Virus record (IMG/VR): IMGVR_UViG_3300012954_000007
Direction: 5' to 3' (one strand)
Length of the DNA stretch: 64,000 bases
From: a virus
Each line of letters opens with the position of its first letter. Within the stretch, counting starts at the first letter, position 1. A program made the translations under genes and the position numbers. The notes under the pieces are model-generated. The model was not told the origin of the DNA. It saw only the letters and a list, made by a program, of their open reading frames with translations, and searched no databases. Positions 63,996 to 64,000 of the stretch are shown one piece after another.

Positions 63996-64000
63996 ACAAA

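Larger units (their letters stand above)
1..64000. mobile_element. Segment of a large tailed bacteriophage genome (contractile tail; probable Bacteroidota host)
   Basis: Baseplate genes (gp25, J/gp6-like, LysM, hub-amidase) co-occur with T4-like replication/recombination genes and RNR. No typical cellular housekeeping operons, very short intergenic spaces, Bacteroidota-type promoters. Confidence 0.93.

Noticed and set aside
1-64000. Stop-codon reassignment as seen in some jumbo phages
   Set aside because: Multi-kb ORFs are intact in the standard code, and TAA, TAG and TGA all end genes at sensible positions (e.g. nrdA TAG after CVSCEG).
1-64000. tRNA, rRNA or CRISPR arrays
   Set aside because: Intergenic gaps are mostly under 115 bp and are explained by promoters or terminators. 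No cloverleaf or spaced direct repeats were seen by eye (tRNAscan not run).

Overview
AT-rich, gene-dense 64-kb segment of a large tailed-phage genome (jumbo/myovirus-like, standard genetic code, nearly all genes on +). Contractile-tail modules (1-9.2 kb and 18.8-54.1 kb: LysM/gpX-like protein, hub-amidase fusion, gp25, baseplate J/gp6-like, gpI-like giant and several Cys-rich fibre-like proteins) alternate with replication, recombination and nucleotide-metabolism blocks (10.3-18.8 kb: gp32-like SSB, RecA/UvsX, SlyD-like PPIase, 5'-3' exonuclease, DnaB, NrdB/NrdA, Smr; 54.1-60.4 kb: RuvC, primase, PD-(D/E)XK nuclease, SbcD, SbcC). Two exact TTTG-N19-TAnnTTTG promoters and A-rich, SD-less leaders point to a Bacteroidota host. 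A TATTTAT[A/T] motif precedes many genes and is a candidate phage late promoter. The most striking unannotated element is a 20-aa, 9-Cys metallothionein-like ORF (61395-61457, minus strand) followed by a terminator. Other highlights: a HiPIP-like motif in a tail-region protein, a duplicated vWA-like module, apparently split tail-collar domains, a re-partitioned SbcD/SbcC pair, and a probable nested in-frame gene. All family assignments come from motif recognition by eye; no searches were run.
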